Below, one piece after another: positions 43,002 through 55,045 of a stretch of DNA of 64,000 nucleotides. Numbering within the stretch: the first letter of the stretch is position 1; each line of letters begins with the position of its first letter. The stretch is from NCBI GenBank assembly GCA_937625935.1, contig OW569382.1, positions 1 through 64,000 of the forward strand, in the 5' to 3' direction. A model generated the notes under the pieces. That model was not told the origin of the DNA and ran no database searches. It worked only from the letters and a program-made list of their open reading frames with translations. The position numbers and the translations under genes are program-made. The stretch comes from Tetramitus jugosus (Eukaryota > Protista > Heterolobosea).

Positions 43002-46000
43002 ATGATTCTCATGAACAACAGGAACAAAGTGCAAGATAATTCCAACCAGACAAAAGAACCTTTCAAGTACGGTCCCGAAGAACTCTCGGACTTAATGGAG
43101 TCTAATAGCTTGTCAACTTTAAACAATGACTATGGTGGTGTACATAGTATCATTGAAGCTCTGAGGACGAGTCATACTTCAGGTCTTTGTGAGTCGGATG
43201 AGAATCCATTTCATCAACGGAGGGCTCTCTTTGGAGTGAACACTTACCCCTTACCACCTGCAAAGAGTATCATTGTCATGTTTATAGAGAACTTGAATGA
43301 TCTTTCGTTGATTATTTTGATGGTGTTCTCTGTTGTATCTATTGCTTTGGGATTAGCTTTTCCTGATACACCGAATGATAGAAAATATGGTTGGATCGAA
43401 GGTTTTGCTATTTTGATGGCTGTTGTTATCGTTTCTGGGGTGTCTTCCATCAACGATTGGAACAAGGAAAGAAAATTCAGGTCATTGAACAAGGAGAGTA
43501 AAAAGATATTGATATCTGTGACGCGAGAGGACAAGACAACGGAGGTGTTGATCGATGAGATTATGGTGGGAGAAATAGTTCATTTGCGGACCGGTAAGTT
43601 TTCTTTTGTTGAAATTGTTCCAACATCTCAAATCGAACAAGTGTTAATAATTTCGTTATTCATTCGTAGGGGATCAAGTGCCAGCAGACGGTTTATACAT
43701 TACAGGATTTGATCTCAAAACAGATGAGTCAGCTGTCACTGGTGAAACAGATTTAATCAAGAAGACAAAGGATTCTCCTTTCCTAAGAAGCGGAACCCAA
43801 GTAGCCGAGGGGGGATGTGACATGGTGATCGTAGCTGTTGGTCCTTACTCACAGTGGGGTAAGGCACTTACAATGATTGCAAAAGGGAAAATGGATGAAT
43901 CTCCAGAAGAGAAGAAGGAGTTGACCAAGGAGGAAAAAAGGAGGAAGGAGGAGGCAGAATCTGGAGAAACACCATTGGAAATGAAATTGAACGGCCTTGC
44001 CACGAGTATTGGTAAGTTGGGCATTATTGCCGGTGTATTAACAACTGGCGTACTCATTATTGGTTGGGCAGTGAGAAAAGTAATCGATGTGAATCATGGC
44101 GATCAGGAATGGTCAAAGAAGGATGCTATTCAATTGGTCAACTTTATTGTTATCGGTGTTACAATTGTCGTTGTTGCGATTCCCGAGGGTTTACCTCTTG
44201 CTGTCACAATATCACTCGCTTACTCTGTACGAGAAATGTTGTTGGACAATAATTTAGTTAGGCATTTGGCTGCTTGTGAAACCATGGGGGGCGCGACAAA
44301 CATTTGTTCCGACAAAACAGGAACACTAACCTTGAACCAGATGAATGTCGTTCAAGGTTATTTTGGTGGAAAGGACTACAAAGATGCCATTCCTCAACTC
44401 CTAACAAACTTAAAAACGAAGACGATAGATCTTTTAATCGAGGGTGTAATTGTCAACTCAAAAGTTAATGTGATGATGAATGACGTAGAAAAGGAGGAAA
44501 AGCCCAAAACTGAATTTCAAAAGAAGATACATACACTCGGAGTCAAATTGGGAATAGTTAGGCAGCCAAAGGTGAGAAAGAGCAATCCTGAAGATCGATG
44601 GAAGGTAGTAGGATCAAAAACTGAAGGTGCCTTGGTTCTCATGCTAATCAAACACTTCAACAAGAATTTGGAGTACCCAGAACAAGAACTCAAGAGGATG
44701 GAGGCAAATCATTCAATCGCTCACCAATTTAGTTTTTCATCAAAGAAGAAAAGAATGAGTACTGTCATTAGATTAGATCATTTGTTCGATCCGAAAAATC
44801 CCCATATTCCTGATGTTACTCGATTGGACACTTTCAACTACAAATTTTACTCAAAAGGAGCAAGTGAATTGTTATTAGAGGATTGTAGCTATTACTTGAC
44901 GGAGAGTGGAGAGCCAGAAGCAATTGACGAAAAGAAGAAGAGAGAACTCATAAATTGTATCGACACAATGGCCAATCAGGGATTAAGAACACTATGCCTT
45001 GCTTACAAGGATTTCTCTCGTGTGTACCATCCGAGAGCTGACTTGAAACATCACGATTTTAGCATGGGAGATGGTGATTCTCTAGATGGATACATTGAAG
45101 ATCCGAGAGAGAGGGAATATTTCGAATCCATCGATGAAGGAGAGTTGGGCAAGAAAATGACGATGATTGCGATTGTGGGTATCAAAGATCCTGTTAGAGA
45201 AGAAGTACCTGCTGCTGTTTCAACTTGTAAGAAAGCTGGAATCATTGTTCGAATGGTGACTGGAGATAACATCTTGACCGCTAAACATATCGCTCGAGAG
45301 TGCGGAATTCTATCGACAGATGGTATTGCCATTGAAGGGCCAGTGTTTAGAAAAATGAACGATGATGAGATCAAGAAAATATTGCCACGGCTACAGGTGA
45401 TGGCTAGATCAAGTCCTGCGGATAAGTACAGACTTGTAACTAAGCTGAGAGAGCTAGGTGAAGTAGTCGCTGTAACAGGCGACGGTACAAACGATGGACC
45501 GGCACTCAAAGCAGCAGATGTAGGATTGGCGATGGGTTTATCAGGAACTCAAGTCGCAAAGGAAGCGAGTGATATTATTATTTTGGACGACAATTTTGAT
45601 TCAATTGTTCAGAGTGTCAAGTGGGGACGTTGTGTATTTGAAAACATTCGTCGGTTCTTACTCTTCCAAGTTACTGTCAATATTGTTGCACTAGTATTGA
45701 CAGTCATCACTGCCATCACAACATTCATCATTGGTAAAAGAGAGGAAGGAACTGGAATTATCAGATACGAACCACCATTAACAGCTATTCAGCTACTGTG
45801 GGTAAACTTAATCATGGATACTTTTGCTGCCCTTGCTTTGGCCACTGAGAAACCAACAGATGATTTACTCTTGAGGAAACCACATGGAAGAACAGAAAGC
45901 TTGATCAGTAAGAAGATGTGGGTATTCATGGGAGTGCAATCATTTTATCAACTATTGGTGCTATTACTAGAGTATTATATCGCTGAGAGGATAGGAATTT

Positions 46001-46512
46001 TTAAGTGGGAGCAGGATCCACATAGAATAGAGGGCTTGAACAGGACTCTCGTGTTCAACACCTTTGTGTTTCTCCAGTTCTTTAACCAATTCAACGCTCG
46101 AAAGATTAACTTTGAATTCAACATTCTATCGGGCATATTGAAAAGTCCTTGGTTCCTAGTCATTTCAGTGATCACTCTCGCTCTTCAAGTCGTGTTTGTG
46201 AATGTGGAAGGTAAATTTACTCAAACAATGAGATTAGATTGGCATCATTGGTTGATTAGCTTAGGCCTGGCATTCCTTTGTATTCCAATCGGTCTTGTTA
46301 CTCGGATAGTGGCGAGATTTGTCCTGTACGTGGTACAGAGAAGAAAGGAGACTGGATACCAACCCCAAGAGGACTCTGATAAGACTGAGACTGATCCTGA
46401 AGAGCCAAAAGAAACATCAGAACCAACCAAGAACAAGTCGTACGAAGTCATCTTTATTCACCAACAACCAAGGTCAACAAGTGAAAAGAAACTTGAAAAT
46501 TATCACCTCTAA
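43002..46512 (+). CDS. PMCA: Plasma-membrane-type Ca2+-ATPase (P-type IIB), 2 exons
   Basis: Intron 43594-43669; DESAVTGE, IPEGLPLAVT, CSDKTGTLT, KGASE, MVTGDN, TGDGTNDGPALK, QLLWVNLIMDT. Confidence 0.96.
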
Positions 46513-46697
46513 ACACATAAGCTCGTACCAAAAACTCTTGTTCATTCAAAATCCCAGCAACAGAGCATTAAATTTCCCCGCGGTCATCACAAATCAACGA
46601 AATTCCGATCTTGTCAACAGTCAAACTGCTTTGTTGTTAAAAAGCAACGGACAAAAGAGAAAAAATAACGAAAAACGACGAAGAGACAACACCACCA

Positions 46698-47969
46698 ATG
46701 TCATCATCATTGTCAACAACAGACAACAACAACAACAACAATGGCTTCTCCTTTCAACTTTCTCTTGGGGCCAAATTGAATGACTTGGCCGTTGATTTCA
46801 GCACCATCTTCTCCAGACCAGCCTCCCAGTCGTATCTCTCCAGGGATTTACTGCGCCTGTACAAGAAATTCTTTCTGTATGATGAACGAGTGAACGACTA
46901 TGTTCCATGGTTGGACTATTATCATCAATATGTCAACAACAACAACAAATCAACAAACGAACAACAACAGAATAAGAAGAATCATAGTAACAATAGTAGT
47001 AACAATAGTAATAGTAGTAGTAACAATAGTAGTAATAATCATGAGAGTGAGAGTATGATGTGCATGTTTTTGAATACAATGTGCGTGTACATGAATATCA
47101 CTGATTGTTTATTAATCGATAATGACGACTTTGAAAAGAATGGTCTGTATCATCATCATCATCAAGTATCATCAATCAGTAACGGCGGTGGCGGCGGCGA
47201 CAACGACAACAAGAAAATTATTCAGATTCGGGAGGAAACATATGAAGAACACGTACCACACGAGCAAATGCATCAGAGCTTTACAAAATTTCTCAGTACG
47301 TATTTTGGTGATGATCACAAGCTGTGTAAACTATTAAAGTGTGTCGATCAAGCTTTTGTGGTGGCTCTGTTGGGCAATTTGGCTGAAAGCTTATTTTTTT
47401 GCAAGTATCCAATGAGGTTCAAGGATCTACAGGGCACATGGAATATTTGTGTGCGCAAAAATGAAGAAAACTTTTCGTTTATACACAGAAGGAGAGAACA
47501 AGGACTGAAACAAGTCAACAATGCATTGTTGGCAGAGACTTTCCAATTTTCCTGGGAATTGGAGTTTGTTTCCAATAATGATCAATTTGAGCGCTTGGAA
47601 ACCATGCACGTTCGATTGATTGACTTGAATTGGAAGAGCTTATCCCCACTGTTGATGGAGCGGTTAGCGGAGGAGGAGAAAGTGGCCATGGAAAACGAAT
47701 TTCGGACAATGTTTACGGGCAATGACGGTGGTGCGATCGATGAAATTTCTCAGAATCACATGTCTGCATGTGTCAAGAGGAATAAGATGAGTCAGGAGCA
47801 GTTGGTAGAGATGCGAAAACAAGCTCTCGCTAGGCAATTGGAAGCAACCAATCAATTCAATTCAACAACAACAACAACAACGAACAATGGTAGAAACAAA
47901 GCTCCTCAAGATGAAGACACAGAAGACGATACAGCTCACGGTTCTTTTGGCTCCTGTTCCATATTGTAA
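46698..47969 (+). CDS. Hypothetical protein with N-rich tracts and C-terminal CaaX (CSIL)
   Basis: 423 aa ORF; globular core LLKCVDQ..FKDLQGTWNI; terminal CSIL. Confidence 0.7.
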   Translation: MSSSLSTTDNNNNNNGFSFQLSLGAKLNDLAVDFSTIFSRPASQSYLSRDLLRLYKKFFLYDERVNDYVPWLDYYHQYVNNNNKSTNEQQQNKKNHSNNSSNNSNSSSNNSSNNHESESMMCMFLNTMCVYMNITDCLLIDNDDFEKNGLYHHHHQVSSISNGGGGGDNDNKKIIQIREETYEEHVPHEQMHQSFTKFLSTYFGDDHKLCKLLKCVDQAFVVALLGNLAESLFFCKYPMRFKDLQGTWNICVRKNEENFSFIHRRREQGLKQVNNALLAETFQFSWELEFVSNNDQFERLETMHVRLIDLNWKSLSPLLMERLAEEEKVAMENEFRTMFTGNDGGAIDEISQNHMSACVKRNKMSQEQLVEMRKQALARQLEATNQFNSTTTTTTNNGRNKAPQDEDTEDDTAHGSFGSCSIL

Positions 47970-48207
47970 AAACAACATTCAAAGCTATAAAACTTTGTCC
48001 ATTCACACAATCACCATTTTTCCGTAAAGGTAAAACTACGACCGTTATTCAACTGGCGCCTCTTTTCTGTCCGGAAAACACTTGAACTTCGCCTCAAGCG
48101 AACAACAGTTCCACAAAGTCTTTCTTTAGCTTAACAGACAGAAAAAATCAACCATTTCCATCAGAAAAAAAGCAACTCACACAATATACCATATTTCTTG
48201 TATCATC

Positions 48208-49716
48208 ATGTCCTCAGAAGACAATCGTCTCGTTCTCAACCAACCCACCACACAGTCCACATTTGGTCAATCCACTTTTGTTCACAACGAACAAATGCTT
48301 CAACAATTGATTCAAATGGGATTTGATCCTGAACTGTCCAAATCAAGTCTCTTGGCCACAGGCAATCGATCTGTTGATGCTGCCATTTCTCATCTCACTG
48401 ATCCCTCTTCTTCTGTCCCTGCAACAAATACTCCGACTCCCGCCAATATTATTACTCCGACCACTACGATTGAAGATGAATCATCAACCACCACAGCAGC
48501 ACCATTATTCTCATCAGCCAATCAAGTCAAACGAACAGCAGATGTCCTGTCCAGTGCCAGAAGAGGTCTCAAGGGTGACTCACTCGAAAACAAGTTGGAA
48601 TTTGAACAGAGACAACGACAAGTCGAAGCAGAGAGAATGGCCAAGGAACGAAGAGAAGAAAAATTGAGGCTTCAACAGTTGAGACTGAGAGAGCGTGAAG
48701 AACGCGAATCTCGCATCAGAGAACAAGAAGAGAGAAGACTGAGATTTGAACAGAATTTGGTGGCAAGAAACACGGTACAAACAAACAAGTATGACATTTC
48801 TGATGTGGTCAGTGGTGGTCCTGCTGCTGTCACCTCAACTACTAGTGTCCCTACTAGCTCTGCTTCTACAGGTGGTAGTTCAAGTAGCTCAGGTGCAAAG
48901 AGAGATTGTGCGATTCAGGTAAGATTGCCAGATGGATCCAGTGTGACTACAACATTGCAAAGTGATTGTACATTGCATGATTTGTACATGTTTGTTCATG
49001 GTGCTGCACCTGAATTCTCTCATGAACAATTTTCATTGATTTCTCCGTTTCCCCGACGTGAATACAATCCACAAGAGTTGGATTTGAGCACAGTGTCACT
49101 GAGTCAAGCAGGGTTGGTGCCACGTGGTTCCATTGTTGTACAACAATTGAAGAGCAGAGGTGTTGTGACTCGAGGGGAGTCCGATGCTACGACTGCTGCA
49201 ACAACCACACCTGACACTGATGATACTCACGGTGGTGATGAAGATCACGATATGACTGGTGGTGGAGATAATGAAGAGAGTGCATTCCAAGGTGAAGCCA
49301 GATCACTTGGTGACACAACTTCTCATCTCGAATTGTTGGTCATGAACGGTCCATGGTTGCAAGTCAGTGAGGAAGAAGCAGAATTGAACAGCATTCAAAA
49401 CACTCTTCCACAAGCAACAGCAACTGTGAATTACCACCCCATTTCAATCTTTAGACCAAAGTCATGGGTCGATCAGAACTGTGATACCAGGAGAAGAACA
49501 GCTATTAATTTCATGGGACAATCGCTCGTTTCAGAGTCCAGAATCGATCCTTCCAACGGTGTCATGACCAGTCTCACAGGAGCATTCAAGTTGCGCATGG
49601 GTTATCGTGACAGAAGGACAGAGATGTCTCTGGCAATGAACGGAGAAGCAGCACGCACCTACACAATCTTGTCCTTGACAAGCGAGGTTCTCGTGTTGGG
49701 TACAAGCCCTAAATAA
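48208..49716 (+). CDS. UBA-UBX domain protein (p97/CDC48 adaptor)
   Basis: LIQMGF..ATGNRSVDAAI (UBA), coiled coil, IQVRLPDG..FPRR..L..AGLVPRG (UBX). Confidence 0.88.
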   Translation: MSSEDNRLVLNQPTTQSTFGQSTFVHNEQMLQQLIQMGFDPELSKSSLLATGNRSVDAAISHLTDPSSSVPATNTPTPANIITPTTTIEDESSTTTAAPLFSSANQVKRTADVLSSARRGLKGDSLENKLEFEQRQRQVEAERMAKERREEKLRLQQLRLREREERESRIREQEERRLRFEQNLVARNTVQTNKYDISDVVSGGPAAVTSTTSVPTSSASTGGSSSSSGAKRDCAIQVRLPDGSSVTTTLQSDCTLHDLYMFVHGAAPEFSHEQFSLISPFPRREYNPQELDLSTVSLSQAGLVPRGSIVVQQLKSRGVVTRGESDATTAATTTPDTDDTHGGDEDHDMTGGGDNEESAFQGEARSLGDTTSHLELLVMNGPWLQVSEEEAELNSIQNTLPQATATVNYHPISIFRPKSWVDQNCDTRRRTAINFMGQSLVSESRIDPSNGVMTSLTGAFKLRMGYRDRRTEMSLAMNGEAARTYTILSLTSEVLVLGTSPK

Positions 49717-49771
49717 ACCACTGCAATCAAACAAGTAATTAATGTATATAATAATTGTAATATTTACATGT

Positions 49772-50749
49772 TTATTCGTACTTTCTTGTTGCTCTGCCGG
49801 AATCTCCTTCGAATGTTTGTTCGAATGGAGGAACAAGTCTGTTTGGATTGATGGAGTCATGAGACATGTAATAATGGTACTTGATGTGTCTCATGTTCAC
49901 AGTTTCCTTGACACCAGGCATCTGGTAGATATCCATGGTATACTTGTGCAAATTCTTGAATTGAGCGAGCAATTTCCAATTGCACTTGAAATGAGTGTGA
50001 TACACGGTATCGAAACGAACCAATGTCGTAAACAGACGAACATCAGCCATAGTCAACTGATCATTGCTAAACAAGAATCGCTTCTTGTCCAAAATGTTGT
50101 CCAATCTCTCCAATGATGCGAACAATTCCTGATAGGCTTGTTCATAGGGTTTCTGTTGCGTAGCGAATCCACACTTGTACACTCCATTGTTCACCGTATT
50201 GTACACCCATTCGTTCAACTCATCAATCTCCTTCTTCCACTTGCTAGGATACAAATCAAGAGATGGATTCTTTGCCAATCCATTGTTGTTGAACTCTGAG
50301 TTTAACATTTCAATAATCTCAGAGCTCTCATTGGAAACAATCTTGTTTGTCTTCTTGTCAAAGAGCACAGGAACAGTGACTCTTCCTTCATAAATTGCAG
50401 GAGCAGTCGACTTGTTATAAATTTGTCTCAAATACTCCAGCTTCTCATCAGGGAACAATGGCTCTTCATCTCCTTCATGACCAAACCTCCATCCATTTCC
50501 CCGATTTTGTAAGAACCAGTCAACCGTAGTTACTCCGATAATATGATCCAGACCCTTGAGTTTAAGAACAAGAAGGCATCTACATGCCCATGGACAAGCA
50601 TAACTAATGTACAAGTGATACCTGTTTGCTTCTGGAGCAAAATTTGTGGAACCGTCTGCTTTGATCCAATCTCTGAACTGGGAAGTTACACGTTGGAAAC
50701 TACCGTCCTTTGCAGAGTCATCACCTACCTTGAAATCGTGAGCTGTCAT
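49772..50749 (-). CDS. Glutathionyl-hydroquinone reductase (GST Xi class, YqjG/ECM4 family)
   Basis: RYHLYISYACPWA, TVPVLFDKK, NESSEII, NNGVYKCGFA, RLFTTLVRFD.VY..HFKCN, HIKYHYY.SH. Confidence 0.95.
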   Translation of the reverse strand: MTAHDFKVGDDSAKDGSFQRVTSQFRDWIKADGSTNFAPEANRYHLYISYACPWACRCLLVLKLKGLDHIIGVTTVDWFLQNRGNGWRFGHEGDEEPLFPDEKLEYLRQIYNKSTAPAIYEGRVTVPVLFDKKTNKIVSNESSEIIEMLNSEFNNNGLAKNPSLDLYPSKWKKEIDELNEWVYNTVNNGVYKCGFATQQKPYEQAYQELFASLERLDNILDKKRFLFSNDQLTMADVRLFTTLVRFDTVYHTHFKCNWKLLAQFKNLHKYTMDIYQMPGVKETVNMRHIKYHYYMSHDSINPNRLVPPFEQTFEGDSGRATRKYE

Positions 50750-50972
50750 TTTTTTGTTTCACACTGGATGGATAAAAAGTATGTTATTGGTATATGTTGT
50801 TATTGCTTTTTGTGTTGTTGATCTGTTGAGCTGAAATTTTCGCTGCCCTCTTTATTTATACTTTGTGAAAGAAGACTTGGGCTGTGAACCCTTCTCAGAA
50901 CACTCCAACAGGTAAGAGGATGGTCGGACAATATTGCTTGTGTGCTCTTAAGAGACTTCCTAAATGTACAAC

Positions 50973-51962
50973 TCAACTCAAGATGCATCTTGACTTTGGA
51001 GCTGCTTCATTTGGTAGAGGATCTTCAAGGGCAGCCTGTTGATGAAATGTGTAAAGGCGTCTCAGTATTATATCAGACATTAGGGGTGCATTGTCGCAGG
51101 TCAGCTCAAAGTATTCCAAAGGCAAAACATCAAACACTTCTGCACAATCTTCGAGGAACCTATGTTTTGAAATGGGTGCTTCTTCTGACCAAACACCAAC
51201 GCCTACAATTAACACACCTTGGCACGCCTTTGGTGGAACAATATTTAACTGTGGTTGACTCTCCTTGAGGGCTACCAAAGCCCTTGACAAAGAATTAGAG
51301 TCGTAGGTACTACGTGAATAAGCAGTGGAATAACTGTCATCATTCCATGCATGCCGTGTGTCTACTGTGATCACCAAGCTTTGAGCTGCGCGGTAGTATA
51401 ACCTTGAAGTGAAGTCTGGAAAGCACTCTGATCCTTGACCTATCGTCCACCAGTGAAAGGTCAAGTTCGGAGTCACCTTTGGCTGTCGAGAAGCCATGCA
51501 CAAAACCCTGAAATCGATGCCCAACTGGTTGAACGGTGCACCGTCCTGTGGTATCACGAGCTGTTGGCTCTCTAAGGCATCTATCACTGTATGATTAATG
51601 CTGTTCTGCACACCAAACAAAATCTTTGTCTCCGTGCTATTCTTCGAGTGGTCATTCATGGATGTGGCCTCCACTCGATCGAACGGAAATTGATATAAGC
51701 GAACGTAGCACACATAGTCCTTCATTTCTTCACAACAGTTTTGGCTCATCATTGAAGTTATCCCCAGAGATTTCAACCCTCTTGTTGGTTGCCATTGTTC
51801 CATGATGCAAGCAAAGTCTCTCTTGAGAAGCACTGTCCACAAGTATCGGTCGGATAGGATGCGGTCCCGTGCAGCGAAGTTGATCTGAGAATAATGACAC
51901 ACATCGGATATAGGAAGAAAGAGCAGAACCTGGAAGAGTTCATCCCGGCTGAGTGTTGTCAT
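50973..51962 (-). CDS. F-box protein with degenerate Rab/Ras-like domain and CaaX
   Basis: LSRDELFQVLLFLP..LW..LLKRDF (F-box); LGIDF..F..LYYRAAQ (Rab-like, G1/G3 eroded); terminal CILS. Confidence 0.7.
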   Translation of the reverse strand: MTTLSRDELFQVLLFLPISDVCHYSQINFAARDRILSDRYLWTVLLKRDFACIMEQWQPTRGLKSLGITSMMSQNCCEEMKDYVCYVRLYQFPFDRVEATSMNDHSKNSTETKILFGVQNSINHTVIDALESQQLVIPQDGAPFNQLGIDFRVLCMASRQPKVTPNLTFHWWTIGQGSECFPDFTSRLYYRAAQSLVITVDTRHAWNDDSYSTAYSRSTYDSNSLSRALVALKESQPQLNIVPPKACQGVLIVGVGVWSEEAPISKHRFLEDCAEVFDVLPLEYFELTCDNAPLMSDIILRRLYTFHQQAALEDPLPNEAAPKSRCILS

Positions 51963-52065
51963 GTTTTTTGACTTGTGGTTCTTGGGTGGAATTTTCTCTT
52001 TCCACGAACAAAAAACAAAGAACAAGTGTGTGAACCTCGAGTGAGCCCACACAATAGATTTGAGA

Positions 52066-52953
52066 ATGGGATCAACAGAAAGCACACAAGCCAGTAATCC
52101 ATCCTCGGATGAAGAAGAATTGAATCAAAATATTTATGAGGTCTTGTCATGTGACCTGCAATTGTACGTTCTAACGTTCTTGTACCTCACAGACCTGTAT
52201 CACATTTCATTGAGTTGCCAGCATGGTGCGGACTTGGTGCTGAGTGCTAAAAGTGATGGATACCTGTGGATGTTGTTGGCCAGTAACCTCGGGATCAACA
52301 ATAATGAAAACAGCAGTGTCCCACAGGAATGCAGATGCATGTGGAGACAAATTGTTCGTTCAAATATGATCCAATGGGATCCTGAGACAAGGAGACCAGT
52401 CACTGATCTTCGAATGCACAATAACAACAAGACCATATCATACAAGCGATACGGTGAGTGGGATACGATCCTAACCAATAGAAAACTTGAAATGGGAAGG
52501 GTTCATTGTTGGGAATACAGTCTAGATGAATACGGGACTGGTAATGCATACCGCATATTCGTTGGAATTGAGAGAAGCACTTTTGCGTTTACGACAGAGG
52601 GGCGCGACACGATTATCGGGTACTTTAGCGAAGGTGTGAGCTACAATGTTGGTGAGCATTCAATTCACAAAGAGGGATCTCGTACTGGGAGATCTGTTCT
52701 GCAGGAAAAGTTCCAAACGGGAGACAGGATTGCTATCAAACTCGATTTGAAGAATTTGAGCAGCTCAAAGACTGCTTCCATGTATCTCTTCAAGAACAAT
52801 GAGCACTTTCACACAGTGGGGGACATTGCGACACAAGATATAGTGTATTATCCTGCTATTTCAGTCATTGGTCGACAGAGAGTGTCCATTCGAACTAGAG
52901 ATCCTTCCACTCTGCGTTCCAGTATGTGGTTTGGAAATCACAAAATTATGTAA
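52066..52953 (+). CDS. F-box plus SPRY domain protein
   Basis: LSCDLQLYVLTFL (F-box); GRVHCWEY..IFVGI..GDRIAIKLDL..FKNN..YYPAISV (SPRY). Confidence 0.82.
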   Translation: MGSTESTQASNPSSDEEELNQNIYEVLSCDLQLYVLTFLYLTDLYHISLSCQHGADLVLSAKSDGYLWMLLASNLGINNNENSSVPQECRCMWRQIVRSNMIQWDPETRRPVTDLRMHNNNKTISYKRYGEWDTILTNRKLEMGRVHCWEYSLDEYGTGNAYRIFVGIERSTFAFTTEGRDTIIGYFSEGVSYNVGEHSIHKEGSRTGRSVLQEKFQTGDRIAIKLDLKNLSSSKTASMYLFKNNEHFHTVGDIATQDIVYYPAISVIGRQRVSIRTRDPSTLRSSMWFGNHKIM

Positions 52954-53118
52954 ACTTTCAATCGAACAGTTCGTTGGCCCTTTTCTGTAAGTACGGATCA
53001 AAATTATCCGATGTGACAGGTAGGGTAACTTCCCCCTTACATTTGACACATTGCGAGTTCACGAGGTCATAAACACAATCCAGAACACAAAGAACGAACG
53101 AAACGAAACCTCACCCCC

Positions 53119-54711
53119 ATGAAACGATTAAGACTTGAGGAAGAGACTTCTTCCACTCCCAGAAAATTTCTCAAAAATTCTGGTGACTCCAATGGTTTGT
53201 CACATGACATGCTCGTCAACATTTATCACTTCTTGCCTGCACGTGAAGTGTTTGATTCTTGTGCTCTGGTGTCCCAAGATTGGTACCACAGTTTTTCTGA
53301 TCAAAACATGTGGAAAGACAGATACTTGAAAAAGGAGTGGGAGTCTGATACTGCGGATGATACTGTCGTGCCTATTGATCAACCATCGACTCTGAGGGAT
53401 GATCAGACGGATCAAATGAACTGGAAGGCTTGTTACAAGAACAGTGCAAGAAACATGTGGTTGATGGAGACCTATTTGCATAGATTGAAAAAACGTGTAG
53501 AAGCTCTAGCAAATACTCCTGGTATCACAGTGACTCACTTTAATCTGTCTGAAGGCATCACTAAAGACTCTGCTTTTGAAGAGATGGAGAAACTACAATC
53601 AAGTGAAGATGGTGACGTCAAAATCCCAGGTCCTTTGAGAGCGTTCTATCAACAAACAAATGGTTTTGCACTTCGTTGGACGGAAGATCCAGATGCTGAG
53701 CCATTTGAGTCTACCTCGGAGCCACTTCTTGATATCACGCTCATGTCTGGAGAGGAGCAAGATGAAGATGAGGAGGAGGATGAAGAGACAGAGAGCAAAG
53801 TTCGTTCATTTGTCATCAACATTCAGTCCTTAGAAAAGTGCTTCAAGCCCTTTCATACATGCTACTTTGACATATTCGGTAATGATATCGATCTCAGAAC
53901 TCTATTTCCTTTTTCTGTGCCTCAAAATGATCATGTTGACTTCTTGATTGATCAAAATGAGGATGCTGGATATACCTACTGGTGGACTAAACAACACAAG
54001 GAAGAAGGCGACTGGTCTGATGGAATTGATTGGACTGAGTTCACGAATGGAATCAAGTACACGCCTGAAATTGCATCACCGTCTCTTTACCTCGAAGAGC
54101 TCCTCGTAGGAATTGACTACTTTATTGCTCTCCGAGATACCACTCACTCCGCCGAGTATACAGATGTGAAATCTTTGATGTTGGTGAATCCAAGTTTCGA
54201 GTGGAAAGATTTTGAAGATGAAAGAGAGTTAGATCCTCCAAGAGGAGACTATAGCTCTCAAGATCGCGACTTACTGAACATCGCGAACCACAGACGATTG
54301 ACCTCCATTTCTTTCTGCATTCGTTTCGCACATGATGGAATTGAGAGAGTAGTATCATTGTATCCCAAACAATGGAACAAGAAGGGAGGATTGGTTCTGG
54401 AAGGAAAGTTGGAACAACCACTGGTAGGCAACAGTTATACTGTCATCATTAGCGCTGGTAGATATAAACTCGCAAATTCTTGGCAGAATATCGTTGAAAC
54501 CAAGATGGACGACAATGCCGCAACAGGTACCTTGGACATGGAGCTGTTGAATGGTGCAATCACGCTTAGTACCTCAGCAGAGGATATTTCAGTGACATTG
54601 AATGGAAACTATGACTCCTCCGCATTGATCAACAAGATTGCCGGGCTCGGAGTATGGTACCGATTCACCAAAGAGAACTCATTCAAGACAGTGGGCATTG
54701 CTCCCTACTGA
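53119..54711 (+). CDS. F-box protein with SMI1/KNR4-like segment
   Basis: LSHDMLVNIYHFLP..CALVSQDW (F-box); GIT..EEMEK..KIPGPLRAFYQQTNG (SMI1/KNR4-like). Confidence 0.72.
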   Translation: MKRLRLEEETSSTPRKFLKNSGDSNGLSHDMLVNIYHFLPAREVFDSCALVSQDWYHSFSDQNMWKDRYLKKEWESDTADDTVVPIDQPSTLRDDQTDQMNWKACYKNSARNMWLMETYLHRLKKRVEALANTPGITVTHFNLSEGITKDSAFEEMEKLQSSEDGDVKIPGPLRAFYQQTNGFALRWTEDPDAEPFESTSEPLLDITLMSGEEQDEDEEEDEETESKVRSFVINIQSLEKCFKPFHTCYFDIFGNDIDLRTLFPFSVPQNDHVDFLIDQNEDAGYTYWWTKQHKEEGDWSDGIDWTEFTNGIKYTPEIASPSLYLEELLVGIDYFIALRDTTHSAEYTDVKSLMLVNPSFEWKDFEDERELDPPRGDYSSQDRDLLNIANHRRLTSISFCIRFAHDGIERVVSLYPKQWNKKGGLVLEGKLEQPLVGNSYTVIISAGRYKLANSWQNIVETKMDDNAATGTLDMELLNGAITLSTSAEDISVTLNGNYDSSALINKIAGLGVWYRFTKENSFKTVGIAPY

Positions 54712-54913
54712 TACAGAAGCTCCCTTATCATTTCATTGGTCCGTTGTTCCTCCTCGGAAAGTTATTTGGCGAGATCAACCAGATTGAATCCGACCAAACG
54801 ATACTCTACTCATAATAAACACGCCAACTTAATATGCCACCTTCAAAAGTGGCGAAAAACAAAACCATTAAAATTATGAGAAATAGTAAAATTGGTGGTT
54901 TTGTAATCACAAA

Positions 54914-54984
54914 TCGGTCATGGTATAGGGGTAGCATTCCAGACTGTCACTCTGGCGACCCGGGTTCGATTCCCGGTGATCGAG
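54914..54984 (+). tRNA. tRNA-Asp (GTC)
   Basis: Acceptor stem TCGGTCA/TGATCGA, anticodon arm CCAGA-CTGTCAC-TCTGG, T arm CCGGG-TTCGATT-CCCGG, discriminator G, downstream T5 Pol III terminator. Confidence 0.96.
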
Positions 54985-55045
54985 ATCTTTTTGTGATTTT
55001 GGAGTGGTTCGCAGGAGTTCCGGATAACAAACAAAAACCAAAACC

